Shown here: positions 23,704-32,047 of the stretch, piece after piece
Numbering within the stretch: position 1 is the first letter of the stretch
Layout of the letters: each line of letters begins with the position of its first letter
IMG/VR virus record: IMGVR_UViG_3300012942_000100
Coordinates: 1-32,047 of that record
Length of the DNA: 32,047 nucleotides
Reading direction: 5' to 3' (one strand)
Origin: a virus
Lineage: Duplodnaviria > Caudoviricetes
Translations under genes and position numbers: made by a program
The notes under the pieces: model-generated
The model's input: the letters and a program-made list of their open reading frames with translations, nothing else
Database searches by the model: none
What the model was told of the DNA's origin: nothing

Positions 23704-25340
23704 TCCGTAAGGTATGGCGTCACACTGGGGTGACTGGTAACGTATGGGTACCTCATATCTACAAGATCGGTCACAAGACAGACCAGCGGTTTCGTGAGGG
23801 TGTGCCACTTGACCCACGTAACCCTCAGTTCCCGGATATGCGTGACAACGTAGACTGGTATTGGACCCCAGCAGTAAGCAGCACAACGAGCCGCAAGGCT
23901 AACGCATACCCTGCACAGCGCGCAGTGTGGGTAGACTGTGACGAGAGCTTCAACGATGAGCTACTCCAGCAGCTGAAGCCTAGCTACATGTGGGAGACCA
24001 GCCCTGGCCACAAGCAAGCGGTGTGGCTGCTGCGAGAGGCTATGCCGCCAGCAGAGTTCCACAAGGACGGCTTCATCGGCATGCTCACCCAGGCGCTTGG
24101 GGGTGACAAGAGTGGAGTAGACATTGGTCAGCTCCTGCGCGTGCCGGGCACGTGGCACCACAAGCGCACCCCGTACAAGGGCCGCATCCTACGCAAGGTG
24201 GGCAACGTGTTCACGCGCGGCCAGGTGCTACAGTGTGTGGCCAGGGGCTTAGGATTCAGTGCTAGTCTGGCAAGCGAGCTAGGCGCAGACGACCCATATG
24301 GCGACCGCAGTAAGCTACTGTGGAAGTTCAGTCGTAGTGCTGCCGAGCTAGGCTTGGCGCAGGACCTCACGTTCAAGCTCATCAAGGCTACCAAGTGGAA
24401 TAAGTGGGCTGACGAGCCAGACCGTCTCAAGGAGGACATAGCCCGTGCCTACGACCAGCAGCCTGCCCCGGCCAAAGACGCCGAGCAGGTACAGGCACAG
24501 CAGGTGCAACAGGAGACTGATGAGGCTGAGCCCTGGTCTATGGCCAGAGTTGATGACTTCGGCCCTGTCATCCGCAAGCCTGTCAGCTGGGTCGTGCCTG
24601 GCATCATCCCAGAAGCTGGTTGTGGTCTGCTAGTGAGTGCACCAAAGGTAGGCAAGACTCGTGTAGCTATTGAGATGGCATTGGGCCTGGCAACGGGCCG
24701 CAAGCCTCTTGGCATCACGCTAGCTAAACCCATGGCAGTAGGATTCTTCAGTCTGGAGGATGGCGAGTACCTATTCTCCAGCCGACTCAATAACGGCATC
24801 AATGGTGCAGGTGGTCGGCAGCGTTACCACTGGGACGGCCACATCAAGCGTGACGGTACTGCTTACACCTGGGAGCCACCGCAACCCATGGACCTGTTCA
24901 CCAACTTTGTGCCCATCGATCTTAGTGACGACACAGACAAGCAGCGTCTATACCTCACGATCATAAAGCACGATCTCAAGCTGGTCATTATTGACACGCT
25001 AAGCATGGCTGTTGGCAAGAGCGACGTGAGCAACTCCAAGGACATGTACGCTATTCTCAAAGATATCAAGACCATCGCCAAGGCTACCGGGTGTGCAATC
25101 ATGTTCATCCACCATACCCGCAAGCGCGTGTTTGAGAAGGGTGAGAGCATCCAAGAGATGGTTCTCGGTAGCACGGCGCTGCATGCATGGTCTGACTTCA
25201 TCATGAACCTGATTGCGCCTAGCGAAGAGGTTGACCTGCTACGGCTGGGCGTTCAGACCAAGATGGGCAACGATGTCTATGCGCTCAACAGCCAGCTCAG
25301 GATCATCAAGCGTCCTCCCACCGAGGAGGAGCAGAAGTGA
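23679..25340 (+). CDS. Primase (RepB-like) fused to AAA_25/RecA-family helicase
   Basis: WVDCD, WETSPGHKQAVW, LLRVPGT; APKVGKT, VIIDTL, IHHTRK, GSTAL motifs. Confidence 0.9.
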   Translation: MDNESLELIRKVWRHTGVTGNVWVPHIYKIGHKTDQRFREGVPLDPRNPQFPDMRDNVDWYWTPAVSSTTSRKANAYPAQRAVWVDCDESFNDELLQQLKPSYMWETSPGHKQAVWLLREAMPPAEFHKDGFIGMLTQALGGDKSGVDIGQLLRVPGTWHHKRTPYKGRILRKVGNVFTRGQVLQCVARGLGFSASLASELGADDPYGDRSKLLWKFSRSAAELGLAQDLTFKLIKATKWNKWADEPDRLKEDIARAYDQQPAPAKDAEQVQAQQVQQETDEAEPWSMARVDDFGPVIRKPVSWVVPGIIPEAGCGLLVSAPKVGKTRVAIEMALGLATGRKPLGITLAKPMAVGFFSLEDGEYLFSSRLNNGINGAGGRQRYHWDGHIKRDGTAYTWEPPQPMDLFTNFVPIDLSDDTDKQRLYLTIIKHDLKLVIIDTLSMAVGKSDVSNSKDMYAILKDIKTIAKATGCAIMFIHHTRKRVFEKGESIQEMVLGSTALHAWSDFIMNLIAPSEEVDLLRLGVQTKMGNDVYALNSQLRIIKRPPTEEEQK

Positions 25341-25486
25341 CCTGCCGCAAGATTAGATACTACACGCGGCTCTCAGCCAAGATTGCACTGGCTAGCACAC
25401 AGCGGTCGGACAGCCCACGCCGTGAGGAGAAGCGGATCTACTGGTGCCAGCAGTGTCACGCATTCCACCTCACCAGCAAGAAATGA
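25337..25486 (+). CDS. 49-aa phage zinc-finger protein (not in ORF track)
   Basis: MTCRKIRYYT...RIYWCQQCHAFHLTSKK; GTGA overlap, GAGGAG RBS. Confidence 0.7.
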   Translation: MTCRKIRYYTRLSAKIALASTQRSDSPRREEKRIYWCQQCHAFHLTSKK

Positions 25487-25487
25487 T

Positions 25488-25516
25488 TTGGTGAAACTTG
25501 GAACATGTGCAATAAT
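25488..25516 (+). promoter_or_regulatory. Promoter for a leaderless gene at 25523
   Basis: TTGGTG-N17-AATAAT, 6 nt before the ATG; context shared with the 10872 promoter. Confidence 0.55.
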
Positions 25517-25522
25517 CATGTT

Positions 25523-25723
25523 ATGAGCACTTCAACTGACACCAACACCACCCTCTACTACGTTACTAGCAACCCTGGCATGGTGTTGTGTGGCAAGCAC
25601 TTGCGAGGAGCACGCGGCACCAAGGTTCCGGCCGCAGAACTGAAGCCCTTCAAGAACCCCTACACGGGTAAGATGGATGTGCTGTACTGCGAGGATTGCG
25701 CAGAGCTTGAGGCTAACAACTAA
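25523..25723 (+). CDS. 66-aa CxxH...CxxC protein, leaderless
   Basis: LCGKH and YCEDC motifs. Confidence 0.7.
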   Translation: MSTSTDTNTTLYYVTSNPGMVLCGKHLRGARGTKVPAAELKPFKNPYTGKMDVLYCEDCAELEANN

Positions 25724-26043
25724 TGAGCCGCGAAGGGCGTGCTGCATACAGCCGCCGCACCAACAAGGCTGCTCAGCGTCAGTTCGGCCACACCAAGCCC
25801 AAGCTGCCGCCCAAGGGCACTGAGCTGGATTGGGTGCCCGAGTTCCTGGAGACCATGCAAGGCCTCAAGTGTATCAGCGTCAACAGCGTCGTTGCGTTGC
25901 CACTAGGTGATACGGCTGCCTACCGTGAGGCCAAGCTACGTGCTGCCAGCCGGGCAGGATTCCTGCACATGTACGCTCTACGGGAAAACGGACAGTTCGT
26001 CGAGTTTCGCTGGGAGCTAAGCACCAGCCTGCCGGGCAAATAA
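25723..26043 (+). CDS. Hypothetical protein
   Basis: 106 aa, TAATG overlap, last rightward gene. Confidence 0.7.
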   Translation: MSREGRAAYSRRTNKAAQRQFGHTKPKLPPKGTELDWVPEFLETMQGLKCISVNSVVALPLGDTAAYREAKLRAASRAGFLHMYALRENGQFVEFRWELSTSLPGK

Positions 26044-26127
26044 CGCATTGGGCCTGCAACCCTATGTGGTGGGTAGGCCCAGGGTTGCTGGCCAGCAGGG
26101 CGCACAGTGGGCCACCAGCGCGTAGGA

Positions 26128-26173
26128 GAAACGAGAGAGCCACCCCTGGCAAGTAGCTGGGGGTGGCTCTCTT
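26128..26173. terminator. Terminator between convergent arms
   Basis: AGAGAGCCACCCC (26134-26146) pairs with GGGGTGGCTCTCT (26160-26172); short T-tract on the minus strand. Confidence 0.75.
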
Positions 26174-26184
26174 GGTGTGTCAGG

Positions 26185-26268
26185 CTACTGACAGCTGTCG
26201 CACTGGAGCAGATCCATGGGATCTTGCGGCACGGTGTAGCCCTCCACTTGTTCGATGTCCTCGGGCAT
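26185..26268 (-). CDS. 27-aa acidic peptide ending in CxxC-Q (not in ORF track)
   Basis: MPEDIEQVEGYTVPQDPMDLLQCDSCQ; TGATG-coupled to holin and ends just before the terminator. Confidence 0.7.
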   Translation of the reverse strand: MPEDIEQVEGYTVPQDPMDLLQCDSCQ

Positions 26269-26843
26269 CAGGCGCTCGGGGGCGTGATGTTGGTGGGGGC
26301 GTCTGCTACCTGCACCGGTACTGGGACATCACTACTCACTGCTGACTGCACAGGAACAGGAACGTCGCTAGCTACCGGGGCAGTAGCGGGCACCGTGGCC
26401 GCACCCAACACCACGGCAGGAGCCTGCACCACAGGCACGGGGCCAGTCTGAGCAGGAAGCCCAGTCACGGCCACACCAGGTGTGTAGGTGCCCGCGTCCA
26501 ACGTGTCCTTGTGGATGTTCACGCCGATCTCTGTGGCGAGCGCGCTCATTGCGGAAAGTGCGATGATGAGCCAGTTCTGCATGGTGAGGTGACCCTGGGT
26601 GACCAGCGGCACAGCAGTCGCGGCCGCAGCAGCAACGATAGCCGCACCGGTCTTGAGGATACCGGGCCACGGGCCACTGCTGAGCGGCACCAGGTAGGTG
26701 ACCACCGCGCCAGCGACCAGAGCCGCAAGCTGCCAGAGGTCACCCGGCGTGATGGCGCGCTGCCCTACACTTGTGAGGAACGTCACCACCACGATGGCGA
26801 TGGGAAGTAGCGCCGGAGCGTACTTCTTGACGATGGAATCCAT
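26268..26843 (-). CDS. Holin
   Basis: About 4 hydrophobic helices plus a Pro/Val-rich tail, directly after the endolysin; AAGGAG RBS. Confidence 0.8.
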   Translation of the reverse strand: MDSIVKKYAPALLPIAIVVVTFLTSVGQRAITPGDLWQLAALVAGAVVTYLVPLSSGPWPGILKTGAAIVAAAAATAVPLVTQGHLTMQNWLIIALSAMSALATEIGVNIHKDTLDAGTYTPGVAVTGLPAQTGPVPVVQAPAVVLGAATVPATAPVASDVPVPVQSAVSSDVPVPVQVADAPTNITPPSA

Positions 26844-26863
26844 TGTTGTTGATCTCCTTCTTG

Positions 26864-27745
26864 TCAGTACTTCTTGCTGTGGCTGGTGGCCGCGTTCAGC
26901 GCGTGCTGGTGTAGCTTGTTGGTGTTGGGGCCGAGCTTGCCGTCGAAGTCGCCGACCGTAGCAGCATGGCCAAGCACCGCCTTGGCGTACTCGTTGAACA
27001 GCTGGAACTGGCGTACCTTGATGGTATTCGGCCCCTCGGTGCCGTCGACGACGAGCTTGTTGGCACCAGTGAGATCGTGGATGTGACCGCTTGCCACCGT
27101 AGAGTTGAGGAACGTCTGGTCTGCCTTGATGAGGGTAGAACCAGTAGCGTCAACCTTGCCGTCGATGGGTGTGGCCATGACCTCCTGCCAGCGAGCCACG
27201 GTTGCCGGGCCGCGAACCCCGTCAACGGTCAGCGTGAGGCTGCCATCCTTGTTCTTGGCCTGTGCAGGTGCCGGGGCAGCAGGAGTGCTGCTTGCTCCCG
27301 TGCCTGCCAGGTAGTTGTACCACTGCCGTGCGAACTGCTGACGCGTGGTGCTGTTAACCACAGCAGGCCGCTCGTAGTAGCGCACGAAGTCGTCAGCAGC
27401 CTGCTCCGGCGTGATGTTGCTGCCCGCCCACGCCCGGAACGACTGCCCCGGCTTGGCGAACTGCACGCCGTTGTTGACCTCGTAGATGATGCGGTTGATC
27501 TGAGTCTGAAGCTGAGCAGCCTTGGCCTGGCTGCCAGCCCAGTCGATGAGCTTGCTGGCCGGGGTCCACTGGAGCAGACCGTAGCCGCCAGCCATGTTGC
27601 CGACACGGTCGCCTTCCCAGCGGTCTGCAATGATGCCACTCTCAGCCTGAGCATTGCCCAGGATACCAGCAGCAGTGCCACGGCTGAAGCCGTTGGCGAG
27701 GAGCTGAGCGAAGATGGTCTTCGCCGTGTCCTGTTGGGTAGTCAT
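26864..27745 (-). CDS. Endolysin: phage-tail-lysozyme (Phage_lysozyme2-like) domain plus peptidoglycan-binding repeats
   Basis: AAGILGNAQAESG, GYGLLQWTP, FVRYYERP; repeated VDG..GP.T motifs. Confidence 0.9.
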   Translation of the reverse strand: MTTQQDTAKTIFAQLLANGFSRGTAAGILGNAQAESGIIADRWEGDRVGNMAGGYGLLQWTPASKLIDWAGSQAKAAQLQTQINRIIYEVNNGVQFAKPGQSFRAWAGSNITPEQAADDFVRYYERPAVVNSTTRQQFARQWYNYLAGTGASSTPAAPAPAQAKNKDGSLTLTVDGVRGPATVARWQEVMATPIDGKVDATGSTLIKADQTFLNSTVASGHIHDLTGANKLVVDGTEGPNTIKVRQFQLFNEYAKAVLGHAATVGDFDGKLGPNTNKLHQHALNAATSHSKKY

Positions 27746-27747
27746 GG

Positions 27748-28221
27748 TTATCCTCTCTTGATTTTCAACATGGACGACGGAATAGTGTCATCCACATCAT
27801 CCCACTCAACAGTCGTGAGTGGGACGCCTACACGGAGCACGTAGCCCTGGAACACACGGATAAGTTTCTGGAACTTCCCTTCCCGGGCCTGGTCTGCCCT
27901 CTGAAGCTCATCCACCTTCTGGGTAAGAGACTTTACGGTCTCCAGCAGCTCAGCGCGCTCTTTCTTGTAGCTACTAGCTTGCTTCACTGCCTCGTCTCGC
28001 GCAAGCTCTGCTGTGGCCACACTGTTCTCAGCGCGGTTGAGCAGATCCTGATAGGCTTGTCGCTGCTCTGAGAAGACATCGGTGTCTGTGCGGACCTCAT
28101 CCAGGTTGAGCTTCTTGTCTGCATCCTTGCGGCTCAGCAGCCAGTTGAGCAGCGTAACGAATGCGCCACTCCCCAGTATGGAGCCGCCTACTGAGATGAT
28201 GATAGGCCACGGGTTACTCAT
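27748..28221 (-). CDS. Membrane-anchored coiled-coil protein (lysis region)
   Basis: N-terminal TM followed by a long charged helix. Confidence 0.75.
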   Translation of the reverse strand: MSNPWPIIISVGGSILGSGAFVTLLNWLLSRKDADKKLNLDEVRTDTDVFSEQRQAYQDLLNRAENSVATAELARDEAVKQASSYKKERAELLETVKSLTQKVDELQRADQAREGKFQKLIRVFQGYVLRVGVPLTTVEWDDVDDTIPSSMLKIKRG

Positions 28222-28666
28222 GCTTCTTCCTCCCCGTTAGCACGAATGCGAAGTAGACGAATAGAGCCCTAGCTGCTGGCACCACAGCGAAGCTGCTGTC
28301 CAGTATAGCGTTGTTGAGTGATCCGAAGTCGAAGTCGTTGAATAGGAAGATGACTTGGTTTACCTCGAACACGGTGAGCAGTGTGACGAGTATGACCGCA
28401 GCTGACATCTCTAGCCGTGCGAGCCGAGGGAAGAACAGTGCGCCAATGGCGGAGGGTACAGCTACGGGCAATATTCCCCAGGCAAACCAGAAGGTGAACT
28501 GGAAGTTTTGCTGGTATGTGGTGATGCCTCCTGCGATACCAGCCCACACCGCGTAAATGCAGTACAGTACGAATGCTGCTCGGTGACTGTAAGTGACAGC
28601 CATCTCATTCATGTGTTCCCAGGGCTTATCCTTCTTGGAGAACACACTCTTGTTCCAGATGCTCAT
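28214..28666 (-). CDS. Multi-TM membrane protein (lysis region)
   Basis: 150 aa with about 4 hydrophobic segments. Confidence 0.75.
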   Translation of the reverse strand: MSIWNKSVFSKKDKPWEHMNEMAVTYSHRAAFVLYCIYAVWAGIAGGITTYQQNFQFTFWFAWGILPVAVPSAIGALFFPRLARLEMSAAVILVTLLTVFEVNQVIFLFNDFDFGSLNNAILDSSFAVVPAARALFVYFAFVLTGRKKHE

Positions 28667-28878
28667 GAGGTTGGGTATGCCTTCCCGTGAACTACTGCCT
28701 TGCGTTGAGTAAGTTCTACACGCACGCGATCCCCCACTGCCAGATTAGCAGGATCGATGAGGCTGTCCGGCGTCATTGCCAGAGGCGCAGTATCACCGTC
28801 CAGAGTAACCTTTAGAGGACCTTTACTGGACACAGTGCCCCACTTGAACGAAGTGATATCCTTCACATCTCTAATCAC
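28663..28878 (-). CDS. Small tail-associated beta protein
   Basis: WGTVSSKGPLKVTLDGD...LAVGDRVRV; GGAGG RBS, GTGA overlap. Confidence 0.65.
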   Translation of the reverse strand: MIRDVKDITSFKWGTVSSKGPLKVTLDGDTAPLAMTPDSLIDPANLAVGDRVRVELTQRKAVVHGKAYPTS

Positions 28879-30047
28879 AGAGAGATCACCTCCTGGAGAG
28901 TAGTCTTCATCAGCCCTGTACTAGTGGTGTCCAGTGCCATGCTAGTAGCCTGATACTGAGTGTCGATACCAGCATCCGTGTTAGAGAACTGAAGCACGTC
29001 CCCAATTACGAGTGGGATAGGCAAGTGCGTAAGCTTGATAGAAGCTTGCACAGCAGACATCTGCACAAGCGTAGTTTGCGCCCTGCTCTGCAAGAACGCA
29101 AGTTGCGTAGCAGCCGTACCGTCAGGAACTTCAACGCCATCTACCACATAGGTGATCCAGCGACCACGGCTCTGATAGCTGTACGGACTAGTAGGATCCT
29201 GATTGGTCCACTCACCAACGATGGCAGGGTCATCAGTGCCACCAGCAGCCTGGATGGCGAGCACCTTATTCGGCACGCTGTAGCTGTCCTTAGTGCGGGT
29301 CCAGCTAGGGCTGTAGATGCTCTGCTCGCCATCGCGCAGCTCACGTGGCAGCCCCAGTAGTGCATAGCTCAGGTCTCGGTCAGCAGGCAATTGGCTAGGT
29401 GTAGCCTGGAAGTTTCCGTAACCGTCCATCCACAGAGCACTATAGCCAGCGATGCTGAGCAGATCGTTGATTATGTTTAGCTTGCTAGTTCCAGCATCCC
29501 ACACCTGGCCAGTGCTCACTGCTGTGGTTACACTAGCGTCAATTGCCAAATACTCCCCGGCGCTGGCAACGATAGCCTGCACCGTGGGTAGGATCTTGGT
29601 GCCAGCAGCAACGCTGTAGCTCTCATCCACGAGGTCCTGGTCAAGCACAGTGCATTTGTCCAGCAGCTCAAGTGCGTAGGTGCGACCCGTGTCTTCCCAG
29701 TCCTCGTCAGCGGCACTCACGAGGAAGATGCCAAGTGGGTTCTCGGGCAAGCCCTGAATCACCTGTACAGGGCGTAGCCGCACTGATTCAAGGGTTAGGT
29801 CGGCCACACGTAGCAGACCGGGCGTGGTGTCTACTACATCCAGGTCAATGAGGGTGGCCTTACCCGTGCCCTTGACACTGGTGTTATAGGTCCAGGACAA
29901 CGATCCTTCGAACACCCCATCCAGCACACCGACAAGGTGATCTACGCCATTAGCGTGGCTGAAGACCTCCCAGCGATAGCTTGTGGTGCGGTCCCCATAT
30001 AGCACATCCTCAACGGATGGGGTGTTCGAAGGAAAGATGTTAACCAC
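28875..30047 (-). CDS. Minor tail protein (baseplate-hub-like)
   Basis: 390 aa; PLGIF, WDAGTSKLNIINDLL...LWMDGYG, VPNKV and RGRWIT motifs. Confidence 0.8.
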   Translation of the reverse strand: MVNIFPSNTPSVEDVLYGDRTTSYRWEVFSHANGVDHLVGVLDGVFEGSLSWTYNTSVKGTGKATLIDLDVVDTTPGLLRVADLTLESVRLRPVQVIQGLPENPLGIFLVSAADEDWEDTGRTYALELLDKCTVLDQDLVDESYSVAAGTKILPTVQAIVASAGEYLAIDASVTTAVSTGQVWDAGTSKLNIINDLLSIAGYSALWMDGYGNFQATPSQLPADRDLSYALLGLPRELRDGEQSIYSPSWTRTKDSYSVPNKVLAIQAAGGTDDPAIVGEWTNQDPTSPYSYQSRGRWITYVVDGVEVPDGTAATQLAFLQSRAQTTLVQMSAVQASIKLTHLPIPLVIGDVLQFSNTDAGIDTQYQATSMALDTTSTGLMKTTLQEVISL

Positions 30048-30098
30048 TTTGTGCCTCGTTTTGTAGCGTTACTTAATGAGGTGGATAGTTGCGGTCAC

Positions 30099-32047
30099 CT
30101 AGACAGCCACGTCATCCCCGGCGCGGTATGAGCCGGTTCCCGTGACCGTCCAAACTGCCCCGCTCGGGTCGCGGTATGTCGTTCCTGCGGTGTCGCCGCG
30201 CCACCCGGTGAGCAGCGTGCCGCCGATCGTGCGCATCGCAGCCGAGTAGAAGATGCCCTGCGCGAAGCTCGTCTGACCGGCCCACCGTGCGCCGATTTCC
30301 AGCACCGATGTTGAGTCGAAGATGTTCGTGGCGGGACCTACCTGCGTGGTGCTGAGGAACGTCCATGCGCTCGACCCTGGCTTGCGCGCCCAAAAAAGGA
30401 CGCGGTACTGCGTCGAGTTGTTGAACACGGGCCAGAAATCGGCGCGCACCTGCATGCGCTGATTCGCCGCGAATCCAGTTGGCGACGCGCTGAAAACGCT
30501 CGCGGACGCCGAGCCGTTGGTCGACCAGGACACAAGCAGCTTGCCGTCCGTGTTGACGCCGAACCATACCGCCCGGTGGGTGGTGTCATCCTCCTTGCAG
30601 AGCAGCGCCTGCTGAGTCGATGCATTCGCCCAGTTAGCGAGCGCGACATCGCATTCAAGGCGGATCGGGTTGACCGTGGGCGAGTTGGCGGGCGCGTCGG
30701 GCGTGGAGACGTAGTTCCCCGACGTGCCGGGCAAATAGAGCCCCGTAGATGGATAGCCGACCCTCGGCGGCGTCTCGTCGCTGGATGGGAGCACCGTGAT
30801 AGGGCGAGTAATCGGCAGCGGTTGCACCGTGCCCGCCCAGTTCGTGTAGTCGGTATAGGCGGTCGACGTGCGCCCGATCGTCTCGAACGGTGCAGTCGCG
30901 TCCACGAGGTCAACCGGCCACACTTCTGTGGTCGAGGTCGGGGTGGAGTCGATCTGCGTCTGAGTCCACGTCGAGCCGTTGTTCGTGGTGTCCCATCGCT
31001 CGGTGACATAGCTCGATCCGACTCGGCGCGTCAGGTATGCGCGTCCTTGTACGGGCGGCACGTTCGGCACGTTCGGTGCGCCCCACTGCGAGCCGAGGTC
31101 GAGTTCCCCGACGAGCGCGATCGACTTCTGCACGGTCCAGGTTCCGCCGACGCGCACGGCATGGCAGTAATTCTGCGTCGGGATGATGTTGCCGGGGTTG
31201 CCTTCGGCCCAGAAAAGCTCAGGGTTCGCAGCACCGGACACCACGATGTTGTCGACCACCATGCTTGCGGCAGGTGCGGCGACTTGCTCGAGGCTCGTCT
31301 GCGCGAGCGGAAGGTTCGTGCCATTGATGTTTCCCAGCACGGTGCCGGCCGAGTTGCGCACATTTCCGGTCGTGAGGTCAATTTCGCAGTACCAGGCGTT
31401 GTGGTCGGTCCCGATCGTCGGGTGACCGAACGAGGCGATGCGGAAAGTGCTCCCAGCGATCACGCCCGTGCAGTAGAACTGCGCGGGAGCGCTGATCAGC
31501 GCCGTCGTGGTGAAAGTCTCGGCCCAGTCGGTGCTCACCGACAGCGACCAGATGTTCTCGGCGTAGCCGGTGCGGTGGAGCACGTAGATGTTGCCGTTGT
31601 AAACATTGCAGTTCGTGTAGTCGGTCGTGTCCTGCTGACCGAGGTCGTGGGTCTTTTCTGGCCCGAGCACAAGGGGGCTCACCTCGGCGTTGCCGATGCT
31701 CTTGCGCCAACGAAGCACACCGTCGACCGAGTGGCCTGAGTACATTGCAATCAGCGGTTTCCCGGGCACGGCGATCAGTGCGGGCAGCGTGTGGTCGTCG
31801 GTGACACCTTCTCCGGGGATGTTGCCGACGAAGTGCCGCTTGACCCATAGCGGGCCGGTCGCGCCGCCCGTGACTTCGTGAATGTAGACGTTCGAGTCGG
31901 TGCCGGCGACGCCAACCAGCGTGCGGCCTCCGATCGCGACGGCGCGGGGACGCGTGTTACCGACCCAGCCCGACTGCGGGTAGGTCGCCGCGTTGGGCGC
32001 AAGGTTACCAAGCGTCCCACCCGGACCGGCCTGCGCATCAATCGTGG
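30099..32047 (-). CDS. Large receptor-binding tail protein: BNR-4-like propeller plus LamG/ConA-like C-terminus; 5' end outside the window
   Basis: Frame stays open from 31769 to the window edge (...WVGNTRPRAVAIGGRTLVG...DDHTLPALIAVPGKPLIAMYSGH...); S/TxDxxxTF/W Asp-box-like motifs; LEIGAR...FAQGIFYS C-terminus. Confidence 0.75.
   Translation of the reverse strand, partial: TIDAQAGPGGTLGNLAPNAATYPQSGWVGNTRPRAVAIGGRTLVGVAGTDSNVYIHEVTGGATGPLWVKRHFVGNIPGEGVTDDHTLPALIAVPGKPLIAMYSGHSVDGVLRWRKSIGNAEVSPLVLGPEKTHDLGQQDTTDYTNCNVYNGNIYVLHRTGYAENIWSLSVSTDWAETFTTTALISAPAQFYCTGVIAGSTFRIASFGHPTIGTDHNAWYCEIDLTTGNVRNSAGTVLGNINGTNLPLAQTSLEQVAAPAASMVVDNIVVSGAANPELFWAEGNPGNIIPTQNYCHAVRVGGTWTVQKSIALVGELDLGSQWGAPNVPNVPPVQGRAYLTRRVGSSYVTERWDTTNNGSTWTQTQIDSTPTSTTEVWPVDLVDATAPFETIGRTSTAYTDYTNWAGTVQPLPITRPITVLPSSDETPPRVGYPSTGLYLPGTSGNYVSTPDAPANSPTVNPIRLECDVALANWANASTQQALLCKEDDTTHRAVWFGVNTDGKLLVSWSTNGSASASVFSASPTGFAANQRMQVRADFWPVFNNSTQYRVLFWARKPGSSAWTFLSTTQVGPATNIFDSTSVLEIGARWAGQTSFAQGIFYSAAMRTIGGTLLTGWRGDTAGTTYRDPSGAVWTVTGTGSYRAGDDVAV

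Noticed and set aside
9375-26478. CGGCCACACCA at 9375, 11541 and 26468 (near-copy at 10537) as an operator
   Set aside because: Two copies lie in coding sequence and two are hairpin arms; no consistent position relative to promoters.
1-32047. Prophage or temperate lifestyle
   Set aside because: No integrase, repressor or host genes in the window; both ends lie within tail genes, consistent with a circularly permuted phage genome.

Overview
About 32 kb of a lytic, GC-rich siphovirus of Actinobacteria. Gene content and order resemble Microbacterium cluster-EA-like phages, and there is no LysB or integrase in the window, so the host is probably Microbacteriaceae (inference). The genome appears circularly permuted. 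Virion genes run on the minus strand at the left (major tail back to terminase, 1-9303) and at the right (minor tail proteins and lysis cassette, 26185-32047); tape measure and tail chaperones lie outside the window. The plus-strand middle holds many micro-ORFs, a nucleotide-modification cluster and a replication module (helicase, PolA, PD-(D/E)XK exonuclease, AAA ATPase, SSB-like protein, VRR-Nuc, primase-helicase). Most notable: (1) a 149-nt tRNA-Ala-like RNA (G3-U70, A73, intact D and T arms) whose anticodon loop is replaced by an 80-nt structured insert; (2) a compact T-even-like cytosine hypermodification pathway (gp42-like hydroxymethylase with the dCMP-specifying Asp, kinase, dCTPase/dUTPase, dCMP deaminase, TAGT-family glycosyltransferase); (3) a 27-aa holin-coupled peptide ending in CDSCQ, like a ribonucleotide reductase redox tail; (4) a recurrent promoter family and many Zn-finger micro-proteins missed by the ORF track. 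All calls come from motif recognition by eye; no searches were run.
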